This document shows positions 1-8,513 of a stretch of DNA of 64,000 bases, one piece after another. The notes below the pieces were generated by a model that was given only the letters and a program-made list of their open reading frames with translations, ran no database searches and was not told where the DNA came from. Every line of letters starts with the position of its first letter. Within the stretch, counting starts at the first letter, position 1. The DNA is taken from the IMG/VR virus record IMGVR_UViG_3300020049_016424, positions 1 to 64,000 of that record, one strand, 5' to 3'. The DNA is from a virus (lineage: Duplodnaviria; Caudoviricetes). The translations under genes and the position numbers were made by a program.

Positions 1-118
1 GACATCGGCACCCGTCGCGATGCGCGACGTATTCGCCGTCTCCGTCGTATCGACCACGCCCGTGCGCTTCGATGAGGTTGACGCCGCACTCGGGGCAGCG
101 GAGGAATAGGGCGGTCAT
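1..118 (-). CDS. Zn-finger-like hypothetical protein (runs off the window edge)
   Basis: ATG at 118 overlaps the upstream stop (ATGA); reads MTALFLRCPECGVNL... Confidence 0.55.
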   Translation of the reverse strand, partial: MTALFLRCPECGVNLIEAHGRGRYDGDGEYVAHRDGCRC

Positions 119-483
119 CGGTCCGGCCCCGCGTGATCACGAAGCACATCGCGAATGCGCGCGATCGATTCGGGGAGGTCCGCCTCCGGGATACATCGAC
201 GATTCCAGTCGTCGACGATCGTCGCGATCGTGTCCGCATCATCCGGCGCGATCTCGACGAGCCGGGACGCGGCGGCTTCCGCGGCGAGGCACGCTGCGAC
301 GCGCTCTCTGCGTTCGCGGATCGCGGTCTCGTATCCGCCATCGGGCGTGCGCGTCGCGAACTCTGGCCGCGTGCAGACGTAGATCATCGGCTCGGCGTAC
401 GGGAGACACGACGCGTAGTCGCATTCCCCGCATTCCGTCCCGGTCGTGTCGTCCGCAAGCGTCAGAACGATGCGGCGGGTCAT
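115..483 (-). CDS. hypothetical protein
   Basis: Start MTRRIVLTL at 483 is coupled to the stop of the upstream gene; CxxC motif. Confidence 0.6.
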   Translation of the reverse strand: MTRRIVLTLADDTTGTECGECDYASCLPYAEPMIYVCTRPEFATRTPDGGYETAIRERRERVAACLAAEAAASRLVEIAPDDADTIATIVDDWNRRCIPEADLPESIARIRDVLRDHAGPDR

Positions 484-698
484 CGCGGCCCCTCCGGCAA
501 CGGCATCCAATGCGTGACGGTGATCATGCGTCTCCCGCTCTGACGATGCGTCCACCACGTGCCATCGGCGTGCGCAGCAATGTGCGGACCAGGCTCGTAT
601 CCGGTGTCCTCTTGCGACCCCCAGACGAGGACGCGCGTCCTGTCAGGAGGCATCGTGGTGACTGGAATCCAGTCGGTGTCTGGCGAGTGGTAGGTCAT
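480..698 (-). CDS. DUF551-like phage protein
   Basis: WIPVTTMPP...VTHWMPLPEGP is the typical DUF551 signature. Confidence 0.8.
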   Translation of the reverse strand: MTYHSPDTDWIPVTTMPPDRTRVLVWGSQEDTGYEPGPHIAAHADGTWWTHRQSGRRMITVTHWMPLPEGPR

Positions 699-733
699 CG
701 CCCCTCCTCCCGCAGCGCCGAGGCGATGGCGTC
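693..733. repeat. 41-bp direct repeat, copy 1
   Basis: ggtcatcgcccctcctcccgcagcgccgaggcgatggcgtc is identical to 977-1017. Confidence 0.95.
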
Positions 734-982
734 CAACACCTCGTCATCACACGGACGCTGTTCTGCGTTCGCAAGCTCGACGATCCGCCGCACCCTCGCC
801 CCAAGCACCAGGTCCGCTTCGGCACGGTCCGTGAGCAGTTCCAGTGCCGCGCGGTGCATCGCAGCCATCTTTCGGGAATCTTCTCGGGACGAGTACGCGT
901 CGGGAGCGTCCGCGTACTCGTCCCATTCGAGAGCCTCGCTCGCGTGATGGTCGTGGAGTCTTTCGCGCTGTTCCTTGGTCAT
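695..982 (-). CDS. hypothetical protein
   Basis: MTKEQRERL...DAIASALREEGR; ATGA coupling at both ends, GAGGAGG RBS. Confidence 0.65.
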   Translation of the reverse strand: MTKEQRERLHDHHASEALEWDEYADAPDAYSSREDSRKMAAMHRAALELLTDRAEADLVLGARVRRIVELANAEQRPCDDEVLDAIASALREEGR

Positions 983-1017
983 CGCCCCTCCTCCCGCAGC
1001 GCCGAGGCGATGGCGTC
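977..1017. repeat. 41-bp direct repeat, copy 2
   Basis: Identical to 693-733. Confidence 0.95.
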
Positions 1018-1308
1018 GACGAGCGCGATCTCTTGCGCGTGAGCGTCCGCGTACACCACGCTCGACAGCGCCAGCGACCCGCGCGAATTGCGCAGTTCGC
1101 GACCACGCTCGATCAGCCATGCGAGCGTGACCCCGCTGTTGCGTACGGCGCGGCCGATCGCCGCGTCCGCCCGCAGCGCCTCGAGTTCGGCGCGGGCGTC
1201 AAGCGCTTCGAGGGCGAGTGCACAGAGCGCCTCCTGGTCGCCTACCGCCAGTGCGGGATACGGGGATCGTGCGAATGCTTCGATCTGCTCTTTCGTCAGT
1301 TCACTCAT
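979..1308 (-). CDS. hypothetical protein
   Basis: MSELTKEQIEAF...DAIASALREEGR; AGGAG RBS upstream. Confidence 0.65.
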   Translation of the reverse strand: MSELTKEQIEAFARSPYPALAVGDQEALCALALEALDARAELEALRADAAIGRAVRNSGVTLAWLIERGRELRNSRGSLALSSVVYADAHAQEIALVDAIASALREEGR

Positions 1309-1628
1309 TGGATAGGAGCTCCTTGGGGGACAAGGCAAGTGATGGTCATGAAGCTGCTTTTTCGTGTTCGATTCTTCGCACTCAGGGCTCTGACTCGGCG
1401 TGCTCCAAGACCGCACGACGCACCCCCCACATCGAAGGGATCGAGCGAACCACTCGTTACGGCGTACAGGTAGACCCCGCGAGACAGCCTGTCTGCGCTG
1501 TCTCGAGCTTGCTTCAAGTAGTCACAGCCGTAGGAATATCCGGCGGCCGTTTCAGTTCGTACACGCGCGTCGACGCGAGCGTAGACCCATTTTTTGATGC
1601 GTTCGAAAAGGTTCACCGTTGTTTCCAA
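1305..1628 (-). CDS. hypothetical protein, possibly frameshifted at a G6 tract
   Basis: ORF track; removing one G at 1423-1428 gives a more natural end (VGVRRAVLEHAESEP*) with a stop at 1382-1384. Confidence 0.45.
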   Translation of the reverse strand: METTVNLFERIKKWVYARVDARVRTETAAGYSYGCDYLKQARDSADRLSRGVYLYAVTSGSLDPFDVGGASCGLGARRVRALSAKNRTRKSSFMTITCLVPQGAPIQ

Positions 1629-1686
1629 TGTGTGAAGGTGTTGAGGAGCGCGCGACGGGCGTACGGGCTCTCGAGGATGACCGGCC

Positions 1687-2367
1687 TCACGCGCCGATCT
1701 CCCGTTCGATCGCAGCGAAGATCTCTATCGCCATTCGATCCCAGGCCTTCTGCGGGGCGTAGGCGGTGGCGCCGGGGGCGCCGGCGGCGTAGGCGGCGCA
1801 GGCGGCGGCGTAGGCGGTGGCGTAGGCGGTGGCGGCGTCGGCGGCGTCGGTGGCGGCGTAGGCGGCGTCGGCGTCGGCGGCGGCGGCGGCGTGGGCAGCG
1901 TGGGCGGCGTCGGCGGCGGCGTCACTCACCCTCTCTCTATCCGCCTCGGGCGCTCCGGCATCGAGCCACGCGATCACGCCATCGATCGCAGCGAGCACGT
2001 CCTCGCGCGTCGCATGCATGCGCGCCTCGCGTACGATGGCGAGCTTGGTCGCGCGGTGCGCGCGCTCCCACGCCGCGTCGTCGAGCACGTGCCATCGCGA
2101 CATCAGCCCGGCGTAGCGCCGCATCGTCGGCTCCCACGCCTCGACAGAGCCGTAGTCGGCGATCCGCGGCGTCAGGTGCGCGAGCCATGCGGGCATCACG
2201 TCTGCCGGGCAGACGCTAGCAGACTGCGCCTGCGCGCACGGCGGCCACGCCGCGCTGATCAGGCATGCTGTCTCTCTGCCGTCGCCGTAGGAGCCTCGGA
2301 GGAGCGTGCCGCGATCGAGGTGGCGCAGCACGCGCGCGGATGGGGTCATGGTGGTCAGGTCAGTCAT
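1687..2367 (-). CDS. phage protein with an Ala-rich low-complexity segment
   Basis: 226 aa, AGGAG RBS, AAADAA/AAYAA repeats near the C-terminus. Confidence 0.75.
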   Translation of the reverse strand: MTDLTTMTPSARVLRHLDRGTLLRGSYGDGRETACLISAAWPPCAQAQSASVCPADVMPAWLAHLTPRIADYGSVEAWEPTMRRYAGLMSRWHVLDDAAWERAHRATKLAIVREARMHATREDVLAAIDGVIAWLDAGAPEADRERVSDAAADAAHAAHAAAAADADAAYAATDAADAATAYATAYAAACAAYAAGAPGATAYAPQKAWDRMAIEIFAAIEREIGA

Positions 2368-2459
2368 GGGTGGCTCCTATTTGCTTGATCGATCATCGCG
2401 ATGACACGCCGCGCGCTCTCTGCGTTGCGCTCCGCATCCTGAGAACGATGAGGACATTC

Positions 2460-2678
2460 CTAGTCTTGTCGTGCACGTTCTCGCAACCTTTTGTAGAGAG
2501 CCTCGGTTTCCGCGTCGAAGGCGTCTTTGTCGATGCCCAGGAACGCGGCGATGTACTTCGGGTAGTCTGTTTCCCGGATGTCGACGCCCTGGACGTACAG
2601 GGACTCGAGGAACTCCCCGAGCAGATGTGCGTCCTCTTTTCGTGCCGAGAGCTTCTCGTGTTCGGGGTATAGACTCAT
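2460..2678 (-). CDS. hypothetical protein
   Basis: MSLYPEHEKL...; TAATG overlap with the upstream small ORF. Confidence 0.65.
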   Translation of the reverse strand: MSLYPEHEKLSARKEDAHLLGEFLESLYVQGVDIRETDYPKYIAAFLGIDKDAFDAETEALYKRLRERARQD

Positions 2679-2752
2679 TACAACAAACCGAACCATTCGA
2701 GGAGGAGAGTGAACGGGGAGTAGAGGAGTGCGAGTAAGATCTGGTGCCACAT
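2678..2752 (-). CDS. 24-aa hydrophobic peptide
   Basis: MWHQILLALLYSPFTLLLEWFGLL*; preceded by CCGAAAGAAAC like other starts; its stop overlaps the next ATG. Confidence 0.5.
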   Translation of the reverse strand: MWHQILLALLYSPFTLLLEWFGLL

Positions 2753-2788
2753 GGCGCGTTTCTTTCGGGGAGAGGGGTGAAGAGAGGA

Positions 2789-2949
2789 TCAGAGCGGAGG
2801 CGTGTGGGCGCGGAGCCAGGCCCTTGCCTCCTGGAGGCGCTTTCGTTCGGCCCCGACCAGTCGCACGGCTTCGGGGTCCTGCAGGGAGTCCTGGAGCCCC
2901 TCCAGGCGGGTCTCTGTGCGATCTCACGCAGTTCGGCGTTCGTCTTTAT
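2789..2949 (-). pseudogene. small gene remnant (ATA in place of ATG plus a 1-nt frameshift)
   Basis: (I)KTNAELREIA continues in another frame as ETRLEGLQDSLQDPEAVRLVGAERKRLQEARAWL*; span is 161 nt. Confidence 0.4.
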
Positions 2950-3431
2950 CGCGGAGTCCTCGGCTTCTTCGGCGGCGGGATGGCGTCGAGCCACGCGAGA
3001 GCCGCCTCGGTGTCTTTCGGGCTGCCTGACAGTGCGTGTACGACGAGGTTTCGAATCTCGTTCGACGGTCGCAACGCACACTCCTCGTCCAGCGCTTTTT
3101 GCAGCTCCGAGATCGTGGCATCGCGGCATTCGATGCCGTCCGGCGTGCGCCCACGTTCTTCGAGAGGCACTGCGGTCTTCTCGAACTCTCCCGAGGCGCC
3201 CAGCTGCCAGACGTAATCGATCTCGAGCCGCTCGTGGCAGCGGTCGCGCTCCGCGGTGAGTTCGCGCAGGGCATCCGTGAGCGGGGGCAGGAGCTCGTTC
3301 AGCAGGCGGATGAGGGCCCTGCGGTCGTGCGGGGCCAGGGTCATGCGTGTCGGCGGCCCTGCGGTCCACGCAGCATCCCTGCGTGAGATCTCTGCGAGCA
3401 GCGCGAGTTGGGCGGAAGAAAGCGGGGTCAT
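2946..3431 (-). CDS. hypothetical protein
   Basis: 161-aa ORF, TGATG coupling. Confidence 0.65.
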   Translation of the reverse strand: MTPLSSAQLALLAEISRRDAAWTAGPPTRMTLAPHDRRALIRLLNELLPPLTDALRELTAERDRCHERLEIDYVWQLGASGEFEKTAVPLEERGRTPDGIECRDATISELQKALDEECALRPSNEIRNLVVHALSGSPKDTEAALAWLDAIPPPKKPRTPR

Positions 3432-3685
3432 CAGGGCCTCCGGAGGGGGATGGCGCGGGACTGGATGCGGAATACGGAACGGTCACTGCAGATGCAGGTG
3501 CGCGTGTCTCCATCCCACTCGGAAACGATGCTTGCCGGAGAACGCGAATCGCAGGCGAGCTCGCAGCGATCTTTCAGCGAGGGGCCGAACCCGCCAGAGA
3601 GCAGCACGATCCACAGTACGACGAAGGCTGCGCCGCCCAGCCCGACGAGAAGGAAGCAACCGGTGGGGTCGTTGTCACGGTTCAT
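3431..3685 (-). CDS. small membrane protein
   Basis: One N-terminal TM segment and a Cys-containing C-terminal domain. Confidence 0.6.
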   Translation of the reverse strand: MNRDNDPTGCFLLVGLGGAAFVVLWIVLLSGGFGPSLKDRCELACDSRSPASIVSEWDGDTRTCICSDRSVFRIQSRAIPLRRP

Positions 3686-4349
3686 GAATACGCGCTTTCT
3701 CTGTAGGGGTCTTGGAGAGGGGTCGAATCGTGTAGATGCGCACCCACGGGTTCGTCTCCCATGGGAACTGTTCGTAGTCGCGATTCCAGCAGCCCTCGAG
3801 CATGTCCCGCGCGTACAGGCCGCCGCCGATGGCAGTCCCTGGGTGCACGAACTTCGCCTTCACGTGCACGTCGAAGAACCCGAGCATCTTGGCTTGCGCC
3901 CTCGAGATCTCCCACGCGGGCACGTGAGTGACCCAGAGGACTTCGAGGCACAGGCGCGCCGCCCATTCGGGCATGGTGCTGGCGTGCTTCACCTTCGCGC
4001 GGTGCTGCGCGTAATGCGCCGCGGCGGCCGCCCGGTGCTGTGCAGGCACGGGGAACGGCTTCTCGGCCAAGGACGCGCCGTACTGGAGCTGCGTTGGGCT
4101 TTTGAGCGCCCAGCGCTCGGGCACCCAGAACACGTCTCCAGGAGCTCCGAGGCGGCTCTCTCCGAATCGGGCTTCGCAGGTGATGCACGGAACGTCGGTA
4201 GGGTCGATCTCCGCGCAGAGACACTCGCGCCACGCGAGCCCCTGGTGCGGCAACGCCGAGGGGCCGATGGGCACGAGGAGCGCGGTCTGGGTGCCCGACA
4301 AGATCTGGCAGACCGTGCCCTTGTGCAGACTGATTGGAAGCCGGTTCAC
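3675..4349 (-). CDS. ASCH/PUA-like phage protein
   Basis: PGDVFWVPERW, ASTMPEWAARLCLEV, EISRAQAKMLG and WETNPWVRIYTI match the phage ASCH-like family pattern; GTGA-coupled start. Confidence 0.75.
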   Translation of the reverse strand: MNRLPISLHKGTVCQILSGTQTALLVPIGPSALPHQGLAWRECLCAEIDPTDVPCITCEARFGESRLGAPGDVFWVPERWALKSPTQLQYGASLAEKPFPVPAQHRAAAAAHYAQHRAKVKHASTMPEWAARLCLEVLWVTHVPAWEISRAQAKMLGFFDVHVKAKFVHPGTAIGGGLYARDMLEGCWNRDYEQFPWETNPWVRIYTIRPLSKTPTEKARIHEP

Positions 4350-4549
4350 CGTGGACACCGTTCGTGTACCCCAGGCCGGGCAGCAGCCTCTTCGCGCACG
4401 TGCGGGCCGTACACGAGAATCGCGACGACTCCCGCGACGATGGCCATGGCCAGGAGCCGCACGCCATTCGTAGGTGCCGGCAAGGCCGCGATGCATGCCG
4501 GGTTGTTGCAGGAACGGTCCCGGCAGCGTTCAGGTTGCGTTGTCCCCAT
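4346..4549 (-). CDS. small membrane protein
   Basis: MGTTQPERC...; hydrophobic LLAMAIVAGVVAILVYG. Confidence 0.5.
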   Translation of the reverse strand: MGTTQPERCRDRSCNNPACIAALPAPTNGVRLLAMAIVAGVVAILVYGPHVREEAAARPGVHERCPR

Positions 4550-4802
4550 CGGTAGCCTCCTCGTCTTCTTCCTCGTCTTCTTCGGAAGGATCGGTAGCCT
4601 GCGCGGCGTACCACGATGGCACGGGGAGACGGCCGAAGCCGAAGCAGTGCTTACACGCAGATACCGAGAGGGGCAGCGTCTTCTCGACGTCGCGTTTGTC
4701 GACATTTTGTGAGTACACCGTCGTCTTGCCGTGCCCGCCGCACACAGGGCAGACGTACAGGAGAACGCCGCGCGCGTCGCGGATGATGGAAGGTGCGGTC
4801 AT
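4530..4802 (-). CDS. DnaJ-type CxxCxGxG zinc-finger protein with an acidic tail
   Basis: CPVCGGHG and CKHCFGFG; EEDEEEDEE. Confidence 0.65.
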   Translation of the reverse strand: MTAPSIIRDARGVLLYVCPVCGGHGKTTVYSQNVDKRDVEKTLPLSVSACKHCFGFGRLPVPSWYAAQATDPSEEDEEEDEEATDGDNAT

Positions 4803-4984
4803 CGAAGTTTCTTTCGGATGGAGTAGGAGTTGAAGCGCGGCCCATAGGTGTCCAGGAACGCGCACTCGCGGCAGCAGTACTTGCCCGCGAGCGTCTTGTT
4901 CTTGTCGTACAGCGCCCAATAGGGTGTGATGAGGCGCACTCCGCAGAACGGGCAGCGCTCCTCTTCGAGAGCCGGCGGCGTCAC
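4799..4984 (-). CDS. small zinc-finger protein
   Basis: CPFCG...YCCREC; coupled at both ends. Confidence 0.55.
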   Translation of the reverse strand: MTPPALEEERCPFCGVRLITPYWALYDKNKTLAGKYCCRECAFLDTYGPRFNSYSIRKKLR

Positions 4985-5226
4985 TTGCCGGATTCCGGCC
5001 AGTTGACCGCGATCCCCGGCCCGACCCGCAGGCCCTCGAGACTGAGCGCCTGCATGCCTTTCTGTAGGGCTTCGTTGCCTGCGCGGACCGCCTTCGCGCA
5101 TTCGATGAGGGCTTCGATGGCCCGCGGATCGTGGTGGAAGTCGTTGTTGATCGATACGTTGCTGATGTTGACGCTGGACGGCGTCGCGGCCGTCGTCGGA
5201 GTCGGGGTCTTCTTCGTCTTCTTCAT
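4981..5226 (-). CDS. hypothetical protein
   Basis: MKKTKKTPT...; ATGA coupling. Confidence 0.55.
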   Translation of the reverse strand: MKKTKKTPTPTTAATPSSVNISNVSINNDFHHDPRAIEALIECAKAVRAGNEALQKGMQALSLEGLRVGPGIAVNWPESGK

Positions 5227-5546
5227 GGCGCTACTTTCGGGGAGGCGCGCAGCACGCGCCGTGTGAGGAACTCGTCGACGCGCTCGGTCGCGCTGGATTG
5301 CTCGAGGATGGCGCCTGTGGCGCGTTCCCAGGCTTCGAGGTAGACGTCTACCGCGAGCTGTTGCACCTGCTTTTTCAGGTCCTTGCAGCGCTCTTCCGCG
5401 ACGAGCTCGAGCTCGCGAGCGCGGTTTGCGCGAAGGGTTTCGCGCTGCTGGTGATCTCGCGCGGCGTCGCGCGCGGCACGGAGGCAGGTGAGACAAGCGT
5501 CTTCGCTGCTGTAGTGTGGACAGGCGGGAGCCATGGGGACATTCAT
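5223..5546 (-). CDS. hypothetical coiled-coil protein
   Basis: MNVPMAPACPH...CLTC followed by a helical segment; ATGA coupling. Confidence 0.55.
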   Translation of the reverse strand: MNVPMAPACPHYSSEDACLTCLRAARDAARDHQQRETLRANRARELELVAEERCKDLKKQVQQLAVDVYLEAWERATGAILEQSSATERVDEFLTRRVLRASPKVAP

Positions 5547-5800
5547 GGCGCGGTGCCTCGATCCCAGATGTAGGCTCCGCCAGCCTCGTACCGGCGCACG
5601 AACTCGAGGTACTCCGGCGAGCCGCTGTACGCCTTCTGTGTGACATCGTAGAGCACGGCCTCCTCGTCGTCGGCCATGGCCGTGCCGCACAGCGCCCGGA
5701 CCATCTGATCGATGACCCAAGCCTTGTGGTGGTCGCCGTCGACCTGGCCGAGCGCCTTCGCGATCGACAGGGCGTTCTGGACTTTCTCTGCGTCCGTCAT
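5543..5800 (-). CDS. conserved-looking phage hypothetical protein
   Basis: DGDHHKAWVIDQMVRAL motif; AGGAGA RBS. Confidence 0.7.
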   Translation of the reverse strand: MTDAEKVQNALSIAKALGQVDGDHHKAWVIDQMVRALCGTAMADDEEAVLYDVTQKAYSGSPEYLEFVRRYEAGGAYIWDRGTAP

Positions 5801-5808
5801 GAGATCTC

Positions 5809-6018
5809 CTAGGTTCGAAGGCGCGCTCGAGCTGTGAGCGCGTAGTGAGGCAGATGAGAAATAGGGATCCCCGCGGCACGCGCATACGCACGCACCTCGG
5901 GGCGCAGACACCAAACAAGCCCCGGCGTGCCCGCAGAGAGCGCGCGCAGTGCAGAGGTCAGGAGCCGGGCCCGGTATTCGGGGAGGGCCTCAGGGCCCGG
6001 CGGGGTCGAGTCAGACAC
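5809..6018 (-). CDS. hypothetical protein
   Basis: Fills the gap in the gene array. Confidence 0.45.
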   Translation of the reverse strand: MSDSTPPGPEALPEYRARLLTSALRALSAGTPGLVWCLRPEVRAYARAAGIPISHLPHYALTARARLRT

Positions 6019-6679
6019 TGTCTCCGCGCGGGACCGGGGTCCACGCGGCGCTGTCGTCGATCTCGGCGAACGGGACGTGCCGCGGCTCGATCGGGACGCC
6101 CGGGGCCTGGAAAGGCAGCAGCGTGTACTTGGTGGCCCCGCGCGCTATGACGACCCACATGTGACTGCCGGCTTCTTCCAGGACCGCCATGCCCGGGTAC
6201 TTGCCCAGGGGTGCGGGGGCGTCTTCCACAGCCGCGTCCATCTCGGCTACGGCCCTGACGGGCGCCGGGACGACGTACCAGCCCTCGGCGTCGAACGCCG
6301 GGATCTCTGCGGAGAGGCCCATGCCCGCGGTCTCTTCGAGGAGGCTGTAGCGCCCCGACTTGACCTGGGTGACGAGCAGCGTCTTGTCCGACTTCGGATG
6401 GGTGATGTACTCGCCCACAGCGAACCTCGGCGCGTATTCCGTCACGGCCTCCCCCGGCAGCAGCAGCGCCTGCAGCCGCGCTTCGACCGCGCGGTTCTGC
6501 TCGAGGAGCTCGTGCACCGCTTCCTGCGTGGGGACATTGATGATCTCGGTCACCCCGCCACAGGGCGTGCACCGCATGGCATCACGCGCGATCAAGTCCA
6601 CCGCGGGGACGAGCGTGTTCGGGTTGTACCAAGTACGGATCTGAACGTCGTAACTATTGCAACGCTTACATTTGTACAT
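6011..6679 (-). CDS. Zn-ribbon-containing hypothetical protein
   Basis: MYKCKRCNS...CTPCGG at the N-terminus. Confidence 0.65.
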   Translation of the reverse strand: MYKCKRCNSYDVQIRTWYNPNTLVPAVDLIARDAMRCTPCGGVTEIINVPTQEAVHELLEQNRAVEARLQALLLPGEAVTEYAPRFAVGEYITHPKSDKTLLVTQVKSGRYSLLEETAGMGLSAEIPAFDAEGWYVVPAPVRAVAEMDAAVEDAPAPLGKYPGMAVLEEAGSHMWVVIARGATKYTLLPFQAPGVPIEPRHVPFAEIDDSAAWTPVPRGDSV

Positions 6680-6690
6680 GCGAGAGTCTC

Positions 6691-6927
6691 TCAGGGTTCG
6701 GATGGGCGTGGAGGACGGGCGACGCCCCGGAAGTCGAGCTCTCCGGAATCGTCGACGGCGCAGAGCGTAGCTTCTGCGAGCTCGTACTGCTGCAGGCGCT
6801 GCGCCGGCGGCATGTGTACGAGCATGAGGAGCGTGTACTCGAGGACGTACTGCGCGCGCTCCCGTTCCGGCTCTTCGAGCTGCGCAAGAAGGGTCGCTAC
6901 ACGATCGGTCGGAACGGGGGGAGCCAT
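6691..6927 (-). CDS. hypothetical protein
   Basis: MAPPVPTDRV...; GAGGT RBS. Confidence 0.55.
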   Translation of the reverse strand: MAPPVPTDRVATLLAQLEEPERERAQYVLEYTLLMLVHMPPAQRLQQYELAEATLCAVDDSGELDFRGVARPPRPSEP

Positions 6928-6929
6928 AG

Positions 6930-7418
6930 CTACCTCGCGGGGGTCTCGGAAGGTTCGGACGCCGCGGCGTGCTCTGCAAGCAACGCCGCGTATCCGCGCA
7001 GCAGGAGCGACTTCAGAGCTTCTTCTTCCTCCGGCAGCACACGGAACAGTGTCGGCGGCTCTTGCAGCCCGCGCAACGCGGAACGTACGTATCCCTGGAA
7101 GAGTCCAGTCGCATGCTCCGTACGGGCGGTGCGCAGCTGTAGCAGCATCTCCACGAACTCGACCGAGCGTCCTTCCGGCGACAAGGCGTCGAGCAGCTTG
7201 AGGATGGTGTCGAACGTCGTCTCCCATGCGTGGTAGGCGCGCACCGCGCCGTGCAGCGCGAGGAGCTCCGCAAGGGTCTTCGACTCCGTCAGCTCTCCTG
7301 TCCACAGCCCGCGTACGAGTTGCTCGGTCTGCATCATCGCGCTCGTCACGTACGGATGCTGCGGATCGAGCGCGGTGACGTCGACGCCGCGGGCTTCGGG
7401 GGCAGTCTCTTCAGTCAT
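6930..7418 (-). CDS. hypothetical helical protein
   Basis: MTEETAPEA...; ATGA coupling. Confidence 0.65.
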   Translation of the reverse strand: MTEETAPEARGVDVTALDPQHPYVTSAMMQTEQLVRGLWTGELTESKTLAELLALHGAVRAYHAWETTFDTILKLLDALSPEGRSVEFVEMLLQLRTARTEHATGLFQGYVRSALRGLQEPPTLFRVLPEEEEALKSLLLRGYAALLAEHAAASEPSETPAR

Positions 7419-7735
7419 GCGGTGCCTTTCTTCGAGGTGGGGGTGTTCAAGGCCTTCACGCAGGCGCTGCACGTGACGGCGTCGAGGGTGCAGGTGGGCT
7501 GATCGTGGCAGACCGTGTGGGTGCCGCAGAGGGTCGTCGTACGCACTCCTGCGACGTAGTAGAGCTTCGACCAGTCGCGCCGCGCGTGCACGGTCTTCGT
7601 CGCGTAGTCGTCGCACACGATGGGTGTGCGCGTATGGGCATGTTCGTGCCCCGGATGGTGCCGATGTTCTTCGTCCCACTGGGTGCTGGGGCCGCGGAAT
7701 ACGGGTGCGAGTGGGGGAGCCACGCGTCGCGTCAT
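7415..7735 (-). CDS. His/Cys-rich zinc-finger protein
   Basis: H...TLCG...VTCSAC; coupled at both ends. Confidence 0.55.
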   Translation of the reverse strand: MTRRVAPPLAPVFRGPSTQWDEEHRHHPGHEHAHTRTPIVCDDYATKTVHARRDWSKLYYVAGVRTTTLCGTHTVCHDQPTCTLDAVTCSACVKALNTPTSKKGTA

Positions 7736-7920
7736 GGGGTTCTTTTCTTCCGGGTGACGGGTAGGACAGGGATGAGATCGGCGAGAGGTGTCCAGAACTC
7801 TTCGCCGCTGCCGGGACACTTCACGAACGCATGTCCGTAGTCGTGCCGCAGCACTCGCACCCCCTCGGTGACCCGTCGTTTGTCGAGCATGCGTTCCACG
7901 GGAGGCGGGGTGTGCTTCAT
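7732..7920 (-). CDS. hypothetical protein
   Basis: MKHTPPPV...; coupled at both ends. Confidence 0.5.
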   Translation of the reverse strand: MKHTPPPVERMLDKRRVTEGVRVLRHDYGHAFVKCPGSGEEFWTPLADLIPVLPVTRKKRTP

Positions 7921-8513
7921 AGAACGTCCTGGCCGAGAGGGAGACGGAGTGCGAGCAGGTTGCGGAGTACGTCTTCGAAGCGCAGCCGCACCTCGGGCAG
8001 GCGGTCCTCGAGCCACATCGAGATCTCGGCGTGGTCCATGCAAAGCAGGGTGTCGTGTGACGTCTCAAGATCGCGTGGGAGCTCGCCGTAGAGGCACGAG
8101 CTGAGAAAGTGCTCCCGCAGCTTCTCCTCGCCGAACTCCTGGACGTACGTATCCGCGTTCCATGGGGGTCCTGCGACGGCGTGGCCCCAAAGTTTGTGCC
8201 AGTACGTGCTATTCGCGAGGTAGTGCATCGGGGCGTTGGCGTTCGCGCAGTGCCACGGCAGAGCGGGTGCGAGCTCGGGGAAGATCGTCGCGATGTCTTT
8301 GTGCATGCAGCCGCACGAGGACAAGCCGTACGTACGCTTGCCGATCTGGATTCGGTCTTCCCCTGGAAATGGACGGCCGGCATACCCACATGCAGTGATG
8401 CTGAGATACGGCTCAGGGTTTCCGCCATTCTGATAGCGCACCTCTGCCCGCAAGTACCCGGGCCCGCTCTTCCAGGGCCGCAGCCCCGTCTTGTACGTGA
8501 ACTCCGGGGTCAC
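7917..8513 (-). CDS. phage hypothetical protein
   Basis: GCMHKDIATIFPELAPALPWH...PMHYLAN motif; GTGA-coupled start. Confidence 0.65.
   Translation of the reverse strand: MTPEFTYKTGLRPWKSGPGYLRAEVRYQNGGNPEPYLSITACGYAGRPFPGEDRIQIGKRTYGLSSCGCMHKDIATIFPELAPALPWHCANANAPMHYLANSTYWHKLWGHAVAGPPWNADTYVQEFGEEKLREHFLSSCLYGELPRDLETSHDTLLCMDHAEISMWLEDRLPEVRLRFEDVLRNLLALRLPLGQDVL

Noticed and set aside
2393-2404. 12-bp palindrome TCATCGCGATGA as an operator
   Set aside because: Only one copy noticed and no clear promoter nearby; could be chance
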